Of a stretch of DNA of 64,000 nt, positions 10,212 to 21,575 are shown piece after piece. The notes beneath the pieces were generated by a model. It saw nothing but the letters and a program-made list of their open reading frames with translations. It had not been told where the DNA came from and made no database searches. Where the stretch lies: the NCBI GenBank assembly GCA_009859145.1, contig VRVR01000034.1, forward strand, positions 1 to 64,000, given 5' to 3'. The DNA is from Andalucia godoyi And28. Lineage: Eukaryota > Protista > Jakobida. The position numbers were made by a program, and so were the translations under genes. The first letter of the stretch is position 1, and the number at the start of each line of letters is the position of its first letter.

Positions 10212-11189
10212 ATGCATCGTGCAGTATCGACATTTTCGCGAGCAGTGCAGCGTCGTCTTGCGCCGGTGCAGTGCGTCTTGCGCCGGTCATATACATCTTC
10301 GTCTGACGGCGTGTCTTCTGACAGCACGCAGTCGTCGGGGGGCCACGTGACATTTGACTCGGCAGCGGGCTTGGATTTGTTTCATCCTTCCTACTTTCCA
10401 GGAATTTCAAACCAGCCTTTTTCAAAAGAAGTGTGCGCAGTTCTGCACGCTCCACTGAATCCCGATGCAGTGGAGATTCGTCCGGATGGTGCGATTTACC
10501 TTCCCGAGATTGAGTACCGCGCGATCTTGATCAAGGCGTTTGGCGCAGGAGGATGGGGTCTTGTCCCAAGGGGATCGTACCAGCTGGTCAATGGATATGT
10601 GTTTCGAGAATATGCCCTGTTTTGCCAAGGCCGCTATGTCTCGCAGGCGGTGGGAGAGATGCGGTGTGACGACAATGGTGGCGTCATTGGTACGTCGATC
10701 GAAGGAGCACGATCCAATGCATTGACGCGGTGCTGCAAGGACGTGGGAATTGCGGCGGAACTTTGGTCTCCTCTGTTTATTGCAGAATGGAAAGCAAAGT
10801 ATGCAGCCGAGATCATGACGGACGTCCGCGGCAGATCTCGCAAGATTTGGCGGCGCCTCGATCGCGGATCGAACCTCTTGGCTGCGGAATCCGCAACAGG
10901 CGGCCACGCAGGCGTCAGTACTGCGGACAACAGCTTTGAAAGCTCGCAAAAGGCTGTGCCAGTAAAGGAAGTCAGCTCTGCCAAACCAAAGACATACATG
11001 TCTGCGGCGAACTTTGACCCGGACGCCGAAGTCCCAGCCTTTTTCAGGAAGTTGTCCGGTCGGAAATGGGGAGAGGTTCTTGTGGATCCGGAGGGTCGCA
11101 GCTACCTCGAGTGGGCACAGGCGAATCTGAAGGACCCGGCTCGTCAGATGGCCGTCACTGCCCTTGAATGGGCACAACGCAACCTGTAG
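10212..11189 (+). CDS. MGM101: Mitochondrial genome maintenance protein Mgm101 (Rad52-type single-strand annealing protein)
   Basis: Signature VEIRPDGAIYLPEIEYRAILIKAFGAGGWGLVPRG and EGARSNALTRCCKDVGIAAELW; presequence-like N-terminus. Confidence 0.92.
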   Translation: MHRAVSTFSRAVQRRLAPVQCVLRRSYTSSSDGVSSDSTQSSGGHVTFDSAAGLDLFHPSYFPGISNQPFSKEVCAVLHAPLNPDAVEIRPDGAIYLPEIEYRAILIKAFGAGGWGLVPRGSYQLVNGYVFREYALFCQGRYVSQAVGEMRCDDNGGVIGTSIEGARSNALTRCCKDVGIAAELWSPLFIAEWKAKYAAEIMTDVRGRSRKIWRRLDRGSNLLAAESATGGHAGVSTADNSFESSQKAVPVKEVSSAKPKTYMSAANFDPDAEVPAFFRKLSGRKWGEVLVDPEGRSYLEWAQANLKDPARQMAVTALEWAQRNL

Positions 11190-11480
11190 CGCTTCCTTTC
11201 CATTAAACCCGTATTTCCCCCCTACACGTTCAATGAAAGGGATTTAAAAAAGTTAATTATAAAAATAAAATAAATAAAGAAATTCTTCTCCCTCAGTGTT
11301 CTGCGCATTCTCTGCACTGCAAATTTATATTTACAACAAAAATCGAAGAGTGAAAATGAATGAAAACAGATTGCTATTTTTTTGTCAAGCCAAAAAAACA
11401 TGAAATGAAATGAAATGAAAAGAAAACGAAAACGAAAAGGAAAAGAGCAAGACGGGGAGACACCCCAAGGAACAAACAGA

Positions 11481-12584
11481 CTACGCAGGAACAGCAGAGC
11501 TTTCATTCAGAGAAAGCTTCGATTCTTTGAAACGGTGAAATGCCGTGGAGTTCATGGAGTTCTTCACAGGATCATATGTGACTTCAAAGTACTCTCCCTC
11601 GCACGTTGTCAGGATGATTGTATTCGGATTGCTGCCAAACGCGCAGATAGCTGGCACTTCGGGTCCTTTCCAATTCGCAAAGGACCATTCCGACGAAAAA
11701 TACCTTGGAAGAAACGACGATGCAAAGGAAAACATGCTCTTCTGATTTTGCACAACGTCCTCGGAACCCGAGGCGGCAGAAGACGGCTGCCTTGTCTTCA
11801 CAGGGTTTACAAACAGGTGCAGCGTCCCCTTGTCCGAGTATGCGGCCAGCATTGTCCCGTCGTGACTAAATGCAATGGAATAGATATCGGCAGGTTGCGT
11901 ACCGCGTCTGAGCTCCGCAATGGGAGCAGCACAGTCTGAAGACGTGTCAAAAATTCGAATGATGGTCCCTTTCTCCGAGCACGTCGCAAGCAATGACCCG
12001 TCCGGAGTCAATGCCATGAACCGTATCGCAGACTCGTGCGCCTTGAACATAATGGACTTGCGCGCAGAATAGTTCTCGACCCGCGCATACCCTACCTGTC
12101 TTGCCAGAGTTGCAAGCACGGCGTGGGACGGAGACGTGGACAGGGCCACGACACCATTGGCGTTGTCCGCAGTCGGATGCTTTGCAATGAGATCGAAGTT
12201 GTCGAAATTGTAAATAAACACATTAGACTTTGTAACAACCACAATCTTGTCTCGCCGCAACTTCACCGACAGCACAACCTCGGGAAATGTGAGCTGCCCA
12301 ACAGCTGCCATCGCATGGTCGTCCCAAAAGATGACCTGATTGGGAGGGAAGGCAGGAATCGCGCCTCCGCCAACAAGCGCAAGGATATTTGTCCTGTACA
12401 ACATTTCCACAACCCCAATGCCGCCTGATGCAAACTTCCGGCCAAATTGCTCGTCAAAAGGATCGGTATTGAAGATCCGGAATCCCTCCGAGGTGCCAAC
12501 CGCAAAACACCCGCCATCCTGGTTGAATCCAAGACTGAGAAATGCGCAGCCCATGCGGACATTTGGGCCTATTCTAAGCGTCAT
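11481..12584 (-). CDS. ATG18: PROPPIN/ATG18 family beta-propeller (WIPI3/4-like, LRRG type)
   Basis: FNQDGGCFAVGT, VEMLYRTNILALVGGG, LATCSEKGTIIRIF, ELRRG phosphoinositide motif, SDKGTLHLF. Confidence 0.9.
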   Translation of the reverse strand: MTLRIGPNVRMGCAFLSLGFNQDGGCFAVGTSEGFRIFNTDPFDEQFGRKFASGGIGVVEMLYRTNILALVGGGAIPAFPPNQVIFWDDHAMAAVGQLTFPEVVLSVKLRRDKIVVVTKSNVFIYNFDNFDLIAKHPTADNANGVVALSTSPSHAVLATLARQVGYARVENYSARKSIMFKAHESAIRFMALTPDGSLLATCSEKGTIIRIFDTSSDCAAPIAELRRGTQPADIYSIAFSHDGTMLAAYSDKGTLHLFVNPVKTRQPSSAASGSEDVVQNQKSMFSFASSFLPRYFSSEWSFANWKGPEVPAICAFGSNPNTIILTTCEGEYFEVTYDPVKNSMNSTAFHRFKESKLSLNESSAVPA

Positions 12585-13466
12585 TGTTTGATCTAGATCG
12601 GTTTTTTTTTTGTTTTTTTTTGGTTGGTTGTTGTTGTTGTTTTTTAAATAAAATTAGAAAATGACAAACCCACCGTGAAACAACGATGTGAATTGAATAT
12701 ACACTGCACACAAAGCAAGACCGACGTCGTGGTACTTACCGCATCCGATGCAAAAAATAAAATAGAATGAAGCAAAAGACGGCGGATTTCGGGGACATTT
12801 TTTTCCTTTCTACCATTTCTTTTTCATTCAAAACAGAAAACAGATTCGGGAGGGGGGAAATAGGAAACGGACTCGACCACATTCAACTCGGATTGCACGC
12901 TATGCATTGCACGCGAGGAACGGGGGAAAGAGGCGACAAGTGTGCGTGTGTTGCGGATAGGTCCACGACGGCTGCCGATTGAGCAGGATCAAGTTCAGTC
13001 TTTTGGGGAAAGCCTGCAATCCTCTTCCCACATCCCGAATTTCTCTAATGCCATTAGACTCTCTTGACGCTGTCGAGAAACATCGAGGCACCCGCCCCTT
13101 TTTCCCAAATGATGGGATTTGAACCCCCCTCACCTATAATCCTCCTCTTCACTTCACTCTGTCGAAAGCTGTATTTTTCTCCTTTTCTTTGCAATTGCGA
13201 TTTCGCTTCTTCTTTTCCTCCCCGGTCTTGTTTATTTTACTCTCGACCTTTTTCTGTTCAATCCGCCTCTCGTGTGTGTGTGTGTGTGTGTGTGGGTGTG
13301 CGCGCGCGTGTTTGTTCTTGTTTTATTGATTCGTCGGTGGCGGCGAGCAGTGTTGCATTTTCTCGTTCTCCTTCTCATCGGCATCGTCATCGTCATTGTT
13401 ATAAGTGTTTTTATTATTATTTTTTAGTTGATCTTTTCCCCTCTCTTTTCGTTCTGCCTTGGACAA

Positions 13467-16400
13467 ATGGCCGATTCTGACAATGCAGACGACAACTGGT
13501 CGCTGTCAAACAATACAGATCCTGAAGCGTTTCCAGACGATATTGAAATGCAAGATGCAACGGGGTCTCCGACACCGCTTTCTCCTTTGCACCAACGCGA
13601 TGCCCCGGGCTCGCTTATGATTGGGCCCTCTCCCGCACCCGTTCTGCAGGGTCCGCAAAGTACGATTTCACAACAAGGACTGGCAGTCGGCGAGGATTAC
13701 GACGAGATTGACGACTCAAAATACTCGGGTGTGTATCTGTGCAAATCGGTGGACCCGCTCTACAAGGTCTATCGGTGGAAGATTGAACGGTTTTCACAAC
13801 AGACGGCTCTCAAGATTTTTTCGGACAAGTTCGAAGTCGGGGGCTTTCCGTGGCGACTGATGATGTTTCCGCGCGGGAACGGCTCTCCTTCTCTGTCAGC
13901 ATATTTGGAAGTGGCAGATGCTGCAGAGCAAAAGGGGGTTTGGTCCCGACGAGCAAAGTTCCTGATTGGCGTCATCCATCCGGACGACTATCGCAGGTCG
14001 AAACACATGGAGGCATCCAAGCTGTTTTTGCCAGAGGAGACCGACTGGGGCTTCCGCGAACTGATTGGATTTGAGGAGCTGAAGAAAGGTGGTTTTATCA
14101 GAAATGACACGCTCGTTGTCGAAACCACGGTGGAAGTGGAACCCGTGCGAACCCCTTCGTCGACGGCGGTTGTCCTTGCAGACAAGAACGGCAGCACTCC
14201 TGTGCAGGTTTCCGAAGAGCCTCGCTATGTGGGTCTGAAGAACCAGGGTGCGACGTGCTACATGAACTCCTTGCTGCAGACCCTGTTTCATCTCCCGGAT
14301 TTCAGACGAGCCGTGTATCGAATGCCGACGCTCAAGGAAGATAATCCCGAAAAGAGCGTCGCCCTTGCGCTTCAACGGGTGTTTTATCAGCTGCAATATG
14401 CGAAACACGCGGTGGGCACAAAGCAACTTACGAAATCCTTCGGATGGGATGCTGTTGATTCGTTTATGCAGCATGACGTGCAGGAGCTTGCGCGTGTGCT
14501 GCTGGACAACTTGGAAACGAAAATGAAAGGCACCTCTGTGGAGGGCACAATCGAGCGTCTGTTCCGTGGCCGAATGAAGAACTTTATCCGGTGTGTGAAT
14601 GTCGATTTTACATCTACGCGCTCCGAGGAGTACTACGATGTGCAGCTGAATGTCAAGGACTGCAAAGCCATTGCCGACTCCTTTAAGCAGTATGTTGATA
14701 TTGAAAAACTGGATGGCGACAACAAATACCACGCTGAGGGCCACGGTCTCCAAGACGCAGAGAAGGGAGTCGTATTCGAAACCTTTCCGCAGGTTCTCAT
14801 GCTCCAGTTGAAACGGTTCAATTATGATTTTGTCAATGACCGCATGTACAAGATCAACGACAGGCTTGAATTTCCCCAAACGCTGGATTTGACGCCTTTT
14901 CAAGTGCAGCCGGACAACCAGTGTCTGTATGAACTCCATTCTGTGCTCGTCCATGCTGGCGATGTGCATGGCGGACACTACTATGCCTTTGTGCGGCCCA
15001 CATTGGACTCGCAGTGGTACAAGTTTGACGATGATCACGTCATCGCCTCTCCAGCGAGCGAAGCCATGGATGAGAACTTCGGCGGAACGGACCGCGATCG
15101 GTCCACGGGGCTTGGTGGTATGGCAAAGACGAGACGTTTCCAAAATAATCCTTTCCGTCGATTTGCCAACGCGTACATGTTGGTGTATGTGCGCAAATCA
15201 GACGAACCGACAATCATGGCGCCGGTCACTGCTGACGAAATCCCAGATCATCTGAAAGAGTGGTTTGATCGCGAACTCAGGGAGGAGGAAGCCAGGAGAG
15301 TAGAGAAATCAGAAGCCCATCTGTACGTGTCCATGAATGTCGTAACGCGTGCTGATTTGCAAGCGCAGGCAAAACTGGATCTCGTGGACAAGTTGGCGTC
15401 TATTGAGCCTGTTAGAGTGCGTCGAGACGCCACTTTCTCGGAGTTCAAGGAACTGGTGTCGAAGCGTTTCAGCATCCCTGTCGAAAACCAACGATATTGG
15501 AAGTTTGAGACTCGCCAAAACGAGACTTTCCGCCCCGACGTAGAAATCATTGCAGAGGACAAGCGGTCGGTGGAGAAGGTTTTCAAAGTGCAGTCTTCTT
15601 CGTATGCATCCTATGTGGGCTCCGAGCAGCGCTTCCTGTTTGTAGAATGTGTGGAAAACTGTGCGCCGCTTTCTCGCGATCACATCATGCTGTACTTCAA
15701 GCACTACGATCCGAGCAGGAATGAGATTACGTTTGTGCAGGAGTACGCAGTGAAGGCTTCCTCGCTAGTTGGCTCCCTGCGGTCGAAGGTTCGGGAATTC
15801 ATGAATTGGCCGGAGGACACGGAAGTATTGCTGTTTGAGGAAATGCGCATTGATCGAATTGAAGAACTGACAGACTCGAAGACGATTGTGGAGGCGGAGC
15901 TGCAATCCGGAGACATTATTGTGTTTCAAAAAGCGGTCACGGAGTCTGAAGAGTACTTGATTCCCACCGCGGATAAGTATCTCGTCTTCCTTGCGAATCG
16001 CGTGAATGTCAAGTTTTTGCCTCTGTCGGAACCAGATGCAACTCCGTTCGAGCTTGAATTGAGTCTGAAAATGACCCACGATGAAGTTGCCGAAGTCTTG
16101 GGTCGCGCAATTGGCAAGCCTGGGTCGCATCTGCGCTTCACTGGATACTCGTCTTATTCGAACCGCCCTAAAATGGAGCCGCTGAAAAGCGAGTGTGGAA
16201 CGTTGCGAGATATGCTACATGCCGGCGCTGTTGCTGCTTCTGACCGACTATTCTTTGAAGTTTTGGAGATACCTTTGCGGATCCTTGAAACCAAAAAAGT
16301 TGTCAATTTCCACTTCCTCCGCCCAGATTCTTTCGCGCTTGTTGAGTGCCGTGTGTATGTCCCAAAGACTGCAACGGTCAAGGATGTGTTTGCCGAGGCA

Positions 16401-16931
16401 CCCCTGCAGAACGAGGTCATGCAAGACTGCAAACGACCGCTCAAACTGCTGCAGCTCACTTCCGGGCGCATCTCGAGACTGTTCCGCGACGAGGACCGCG
16501 TAGATTTGCTCTATGACTTTGCCACCATCCTTTACATCATGCAAGAGGAACCTGCGGATAGCAGTCCGGATGACGAGCACGCCGTGGTGTATGTTTGCCA
16601 CGGAGAACGAAATCGCAACAGCGTCAAGTTCCATGGCGTTCCGTTCATGTTCGTTGTTGATAAATCCACGACTGCGAAGGACTTGTTGACACACGTTGGA
16701 CATCGACTCCCGGCTCCAGAGGAGGAGGTTGCAAAGTGGAACGTTGTCATGCAGACATCGTCAAATGCAATGGATTTGCTGGCCCCGGAAGACTCGATCT
16801 TGGAAGCCATTGAGCGTGTTCCGCGCGGCTTCACGTATGTCTTGTTCGTGGAGCGCAAGGATACGGACCAGAAGAAACCGCAGGTGGTATCCACTCGTCA
16901 CTATGAGAGAGATATCAAGATCTACAATTGA
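13467..16931 (+). CDS. USP7: Ubiquitin-specific protease 7 (MATH + USP + UBL repeats)
   Basis: MATH domain (WRLMMFPRGN, DWGF), Cys box GLKNQGATCYMNSLLQ, QHDVQE, His box HAGDVHGGHY, WYKFDD, TRQNETFRP. Confidence 0.95.
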   Translation: MADSDNADDNWSLSNNTDPEAFPDDIEMQDATGSPTPLSPLHQRDAPGSLMIGPSPAPVLQGPQSTISQQGLAVGEDYDEIDDSKYSGVYLCKSVDPLYKVYRWKIERFSQQTALKIFSDKFEVGGFPWRLMMFPRGNGSPSLSAYLEVADAAEQKGVWSRRAKFLIGVIHPDDYRRSKHMEASKLFLPEETDWGFRELIGFEELKKGGFIRNDTLVVETTVEVEPVRTPSSTAVVLADKNGSTPVQVSEEPRYVGLKNQGATCYMNSLLQTLFHLPDFRRAVYRMPTLKEDNPEKSVALALQRVFYQLQYAKHAVGTKQLTKSFGWDAVDSFMQHDVQELARVLLDNLETKMKGTSVEGTIERLFRGRMKNFIRCVNVDFTSTRSEEYYDVQLNVKDCKAIADSFKQYVDIEKLDGDNKYHAEGHGLQDAEKGVVFETFPQVLMLQLKRFNYDFVNDRMYKINDRLEFPQTLDLTPFQVQPDNQCLYELHSVLVHAGDVHGGHYYAFVRPTLDSQWYKFDDDHVIASPASEAMDENFGGTDRDRSTGLGGMAKTRRFQNNPFRRFANAYMLVYVRKSDEPTIMAPVTADEIPDHLKEWFDRELREEEARRVEKSEAHLYVSMNVVTRADLQAQAKLDLVDKLASIEPVRVRRDATFSEFKELVSKRFSIPVENQRYWKFETRQNETFRPDVEIIAEDKRSVEKVFKVQSSSYASYVGSEQRFLFVECVENCAPLSRDHIMLYFKHYDPSRNEITFVQEYAVKASSLVGSLRSKVREFMNWPEDTEVLLFEEMRIDRIEELTDSKTIVEAELQSGDIIVFQKAVTESEEYLIPTADKYLVFLANRVNVKFLPLSEPDATPFELELSLKMTHDEVAEVLGRAIGKPGSHLRFTGYSSYSNRPKMEPLKSECGTLRDMLHAGAVAASDRLFFEVLEIPLRILETKKVVNFHFLRPDSFALVECRVYVPKTATVKDVFAEAPLQNEVMQDCKRPLKLLQLTSGRISRLFRDEDRVDLLYDFATILYIMQEEPADSSPDDEHAVVYVCHGERNRNSVKFHGVPFMFVVDKSTTAKDLLTHVGHRLPAPEEEVAKWNVVMQTSSNAMDLLAPEDSILEAIERVPRGFTYVLFVERKDTDQKKPQVVSTRHYERDIKIYN

Positions 16932-17166
16932 TTTATTCCCCCGTAGGATCATAAAATGAGTTTTTAAAAAATACATAATATAATAATAATAAGAGCAATA
17001 TTAATATTGTTTTTTTTTTTTTAAATTTAAAAATATTGATTTTAACGATAAAAAGGGAGGGCAAATAGTAATCCCATTTTGACGCGCATTCGTTTCGTCT
17101 TCCTTCTGTTTGCAACATGAAAGTGCGGTGGAATCATGCACGGAGGGATGGATCTGTTCGGAAAGG

Positions 17167-19551
17167 TTAATGATCGTCGACATCCACGTCAGTTACTTGC
17201 AACTCGGTCCACCGTGGCTCTCGGGATTTTCGGTGCTTCCACCACCAACGGACAAGCGCGAGCGCCGTAGCAGTGAACAAGATGGTCGCCATGACTCCGA
17301 GGATCCACCATGCAACTGGCGGAAATCCCGGTTCCTGTTCGCCAGGGCGCTCGGAATGCTCTTCTTCTGAACCTTGCTCTGCAAAACTCTTCAAAGGAAA
17401 CGGGTCTCCAAGTGGAAGTGCGTGGGAAAACGCTGTACTATTGTCGAGATAGAGACAAGCAGATACATATGATGAAGAAAGCGCAAACGAGCCAGAAGAA
17501 ACGGACGTCAGCAAGGCAGCACGAACATACACGGCGGCATCTTCAGCAAAGTTCCACGAGACGTCACGGGAGTCGGGAAACAAGGGAGAGAATTCACGCG
17601 GAAGCGGGGACCATGCCGGATACCATTCATTGAAGTTGAACGTCACGAACGAAGTTGTTGGAAACCGGGAAACAGGTAATCCAATCTTTTGCGCTTCCGC
17701 CGAGAACGGATCAAACCATTCCGCAATGTCGTTCCACTCGAGAATGTTTCCACCGGCATATATGGAGGAATCCAAATCCCTGTTGGGATAGCCGCCTTTC
17801 ACGAGCACCAGCCCGGCGCCTCGATAGCGAATATGAGAGGTGAAGAGGGAGCATGCAGAGCCGCACTGAGAATCCGAAAGCAACACCACCCGGTCAAAGG
17901 AGTGCACGACCGACGAGCTGAAGATTTGCTTCTGTACAGACCAGAGATCAGAATCCGCAGGGAAGGCACACTGAGGAGGATAATAACCCTTTGCGGTGAA
18001 GGCCACAGATGCTCCCGCGCGGTTCTGCACGACAGTGGGATCGTACCACTCGTGGATGTTCGTAGAAAAGACGCCGTCCTTTGGGTTGATTCGATATCGC
18101 TTCAACGCGTCCTTGCTGGCCAAAAAATCAGTGAATCGACTCTTTTTGAAGTCGTATACCTCCATCGTGTTGCGAATTCCGGAAAGCGATGAGAGACTTC
18201 CCCATTTGTCCCGGAATAGGAGGCTAGAGGAGAGCACGGCCAGGCAAATGAATCCTCCTGGATTGTTCCGAACATCGATCACCATGCGATGTATTCCGCG
18301 GGCCTTTGCGTCGACACGACACAATTCCACGGTCTGCAAATAGCTGGTAACGATGTCCCGCGTGGTGACATTTGGCAACAGCACCGCGTCTGCCATTGGC
18401 TGAAAGGTGCTGAGACGCAATATCAGTCGGTCCGGGAAGCGACCACTGACGCCACACCAAACATCACTGGTGATCGATTTTCGCAGAATTTGAATGTCGT
18501 CGGACGCAGAGAGGGCGCTTGGACGATGAAACGATCGAAATCCGACAGCACGATGCGGCAAGTTATGCGAGAGCCTGAAGTTCTTAGCGAATCCCGCAGA
18601 TGCATCGTCGGAACTCATTGGACAGTCGTCAAGGCGTTTGTCCTTGAGCAGCGCAGGCAGTGGACGACGGCGGACTGCTGATTCAAAGTCTCCAGCATTC
18701 GCGTATGACACCATGGGGAGGACAGCGATTGGGACGGTACAACAGTCCTTTTGTCCGCCAACAGAATCTGCAAAACAAAGCGCAAAGACGGAGCGCGACG
18801 AATCAAAAGGATAATCATATCCTAACCTGAAGCCACCAACCGTGAGTGTTGTCAGCGCAATGTTCAGACGCGCTCCGGCATCCCGTGCTGTTCCAAGCCG
18901 CGGCATCAAAACCTGCTCGATCCACACCAGCGTCGGCATGTCGTTGACGTCTGTGAGGAGCCGGCCGCTTGCGCTTTCCAGCACTGACAAATTGTAGAAC
19001 TGACTTTGCTCGACAACCCGAAACTCAAACTGGTCCCCCGAAGCATATGACGCAGCGACGAGCAGCGGAAATGGAACCAATAGCTCCGTGTACGGAATAG
19101 GTGCAGTGTATTCAAGATGAGAGTCTCCAAATCGGCGAAACAGACGCGAAAGATCCTCGTGAAACTGAAAATCAAACATGTCACCGGCCACCGTCGTCGT
19201 CTGGTTGGAAACGCCCGAATACTTGGTCTCGATGGCCTCGATTTCCTTGAAAAAATCCACAGAAATGTTGAAAGGCGGCCCTGAATTTCGGGAAATCTCT
19301 GTAAACGAGTACATCTCAGCCAGATTGCGCACTTGCAAGAGGGTCTCGGTCCGAGTGGCTGGATCGAGTGGAACCGAGCGCAAGCACTGCAGCAACGAAT
19401 CCATGGTGGTCAGCGCATCCGCAATGAAGATGCATTCAGATGCATTTCCTATCCCGTGTCCAAACGTACCACCACAAATGCTGCTGCACACAAGGGCGCA
19501 TAATGCAAGGATTGCAAGCGGACGCGGCGTCCTCAAAAACGAGAACTGCAT
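17167..19551 (-). CDS. Secreted/membrane-anchored peptidase S41-like protein
   Basis: Signal peptide, FGDSHLEY, VIDVRNNPGGFIC, LSDSQCGSACSLF (putative catalytic Ser), C-terminal TM helix. Confidence 0.7.
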   Translation of the reverse strand: MQFSFLRTPRPLAILALCALVCSSICGGTFGHGIGNASECIFIADALTTMDSLLQCLRSVPLDPATRTETLLQVRNLAEMYSFTEISRNSGPPFNISVDFFKEIEAIETKYSGVSNQTTTVAGDMFDFQFHEDLSRLFRRFGDSHLEYTAPIPYTELLVPFPLLVAASYASGDQFEFRVVEQSQFYNLSVLESASGRLLTDVNDMPTLVWIEQVLMPRLGTARDAGARLNIALTTLTVGGFRLGYDYPFDSSRSVFALCFADSVGGQKDCCTVPIAVLPMVSYANAGDFESAVRRRPLPALLKDKRLDDCPMSSDDASAGFAKNFRLSHNLPHRAVGFRSFHRPSALSASDDIQILRKSITSDVWCGVSGRFPDRLILRLSTFQPMADAVLLPNVTTRDIVTSYLQTVELCRVDAKARGIHRMVIDVRNNPGGFICLAVLSSSLLFRDKWGSLSSLSGIRNTMEVYDFKKSRFTDFLASKDALKRYRINPKDGVFSTNIHEWYDPTVVQNRAGASVAFTAKGYYPPQCAFPADSDLWSVQKQIFSSSVVHSFDRVVLLSDSQCGSACSLFTSHIRYRGAGLVLVKGGYPNRDLDSSIYAGGNILEWNDIAEWFDPFSAEAQKIGLPVSRFPTTSFVTFNFNEWYPAWSPLPREFSPLFPDSRDVSWNFAEDAAVYVRAALLTSVSSGSFALSSSYVSACLYLDNSTAFSHALPLGDPFPLKSFAEQGSEEEHSERPGEQEPGFPPVAWWILGVMATILFTATALALVRWWWKHRKSREPRWTELQVTDVDVDDH

Positions 19552-19999
19552 GCACTCTTTCTATAAAACCCGTCCGACCTCCAACGATCTATGCTTACCC
19601 TTGGATGCTACCCGTGGCCTGCTCACTCTGCATCTGGTAGCACGCCATGTCACACAAGGAGACAAAATGAAAATGCTTGTGCGTCTTTTGTGTCCCTTGG
19701 CACGTACACGGCGAAGACATATTCCAAAGGTTTCTCTGAAGGCGCCGACAGCGGAGAAAAAAATTGGGTGTCGGATATTTTCTGAGTTTGGCGTCAAGTT
19801 CCCCCGGAGCTCGACAGTTTCGTCAAAAGAGGGAGAGGATTCCTCTCGTAGTTGGACCTTTGCTGTACGACAGCCGAACTGGTCTTTTGGCCTTTTGGGA
19901 AGAAAGAAAAACGGAAAACGGAAAACGGAAAAGGCGGGACTGGGCATTCGCTCTGAAACCTGCGGTGCACGAGTTCCACGAACCGAATACTCAGGAGAC

Positions 20000-21418
20000 A
20001 TGAGCGGAAGGTTGTATTCGTACGGCCGAGGCGTGTTGGGTGCGCTCGGTCATGGTCATTTCCAAGATGTGCGACTGCCGACTCTACTTCCTTCTTTGAC
20101 GAATGTGCAAGTTTCGCACATTGCAGCTGGTTGGGCTCACTCTGCTGCAATTACATCTTCTGGAGACGAGTCGGTGTTTCCTGCGAATTCCCTGCTTGTG
20201 TGGGGAAGAACGCATGATTCGCGATCTGCATTGTCGATTGCCGCGCTTTCCAACACGGTCCCGTTGCTAGGAATGATCGCGAATGCGTTCAGCAAACGAA
20301 ACACCGTGAGCTCCATCGTACCGTCTGCAGTGACTGCGCAATCTCAACTGCAGTTTCTGTCGGTGGCATGCACGGCTGCAGCGACGTTTGCGATTGACTC
20401 GACAGGTTCGCTGTGGACCTTTGGTGAAAACTCGTTTGGTCGATGCGGAGTTCGCGATCCATCGATGATATTCGATCCACTGTGCGTCTGGGATTCTGCA
20501 AAGAGGGGCGTTCGATTGATCGCTGTGGCATGCGGCTATTCTCATACGATTGTGCTCGATGAAATGGGCAGAGCATACGGGTTTGGAAAGTCGGATCGGG
20601 GCCAAACGGGAGTGGATCTTCTTCGAGCGTCACTTCAGAACCCAGAGCCTGTTGCTAATTCTCCCGCCACCAAGCAGTCTCCAGTTGTCCGTGCAGACTG
20701 CGTTTTCTCTCCTACAATGATTCAGGATTTGGCTGGCGAAAAAATTGTCAAGATTGCGGCGGGGTTTGCACACAGCGTTGCGTTATCGTCGACTGGAAAT
20801 GTGTATATTTGGGGAAAGTACCAGGGTGGTACATGGCTGGATGAGCAGGACCGCCAAGCGCAGGTGAACAAAACAAAACCGCAGTCATTTTTGTCCAAAC
20901 GCTTCAACGTAGCCTCCGCCGTTCCGTTTCCTTCGGATGCGACGCGGCCTCGCAAGATGATGGCGTTTTCGCAGCTGGTAGTCAACGTAGCCGCAGGACA
21001 ACACCACACGCTAGTTGAGACGCAGGATGGCAAGATATGGGCGTTTGGGATGAACCGACATGGACAGGTGTATGTAGAAGACCCTTCCGTCTTTCACGAA
21101 GAGTCTGCGCAGGCTGGCGGACTGGCTGGTGATTTTGCAACGGGAAACGATCGTCTTGTGGATCTTTACGGAGTGACAGGTGGAAACAAGGAGTACTTGT
21201 TTGTGCTCGAGCCTCGTTGCATCTTTGAACCGGCGGAGAATGGGGTCAACCAGCTCGTGGGTGGTTTCTCGGATTCCGCTATCGTCACAAAGGACGGCGC
21301 TGCACTTCGATACAGTCTGGGTGCTTGGAGACCGTTGGCAGGTACACAAGATCTCCGCGTCACCAACCTCGCCATTGGCTGGAAGCATTCATTGGTCGTT
21401 GCAACCCCCAGGGCGTAG
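20000..21418 (+). CDS. RCC1-repeat protein
   Basis: LYSYGRGVLGALGHG, IAAGWAHSAA, WTFGENSFGRCG, VACGYSHT, IAAGFAHS, AAGQHHT, AIGWKHS. Start placed at MSGRLYSY (ATG 20000). Confidence 0.88.
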   Translation: MSGRLYSYGRGVLGALGHGHFQDVRLPTLLPSLTNVQVSHIAAGWAHSAAITSSGDESVFPANSLLVWGRTHDSRSALSIAALSNTVPLLGMIANAFSKRNTVSSIVPSAVTAQSQLQFLSVACTAAATFAIDSTGSLWTFGENSFGRCGVRDPSMIFDPLCVWDSAKRGVRLIAVACGYSHTIVLDEMGRAYGFGKSDRGQTGVDLLRASLQNPEPVANSPATKQSPVVRADCVFSPTMIQDLAGEKIVKIAAGFAHSVALSSTGNVYIWGKYQGGTWLDEQDRQAQVNKTKPQSFLSKRFNVASAVPFPSDATRPRKMMAFSQLVVNVAAGQHHTLVETQDGKIWAFGMNRHGQVYVEDPSVFHEESAQAGGLAGDFATGNDRLVDLYGVTGGNKEYLFVLEPRCIFEPAENGVNQLVGGFSDSAIVTKDGAALRYSLGAWRPLAGTQDLRVTNLAIGWKHSLVVATPRA

Positions 21419-21575
21419 TCTATTGGCGTCTGAGTATTGCATATCTTTTTGTACGTTTTCCTTTTGAACAGTAGATTGAGCATCACAAATGCATTCCTCC
21501 CCTCATTTCCCTTCCTCCTTCCTGCAACTCCTGCTCTTGTTCGTGTCGATGGGTCTGGGTTTGCAGCAAAGGCGG

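Noticed and set aside
19178-19999. Long in-frame extension of the RCC1 ORF overlapping the S41 gene antisense
   Set aside because: No domain content; it overlaps an oppositely oriented gene start. The first RCC1 repeat begins at ATG 20000.
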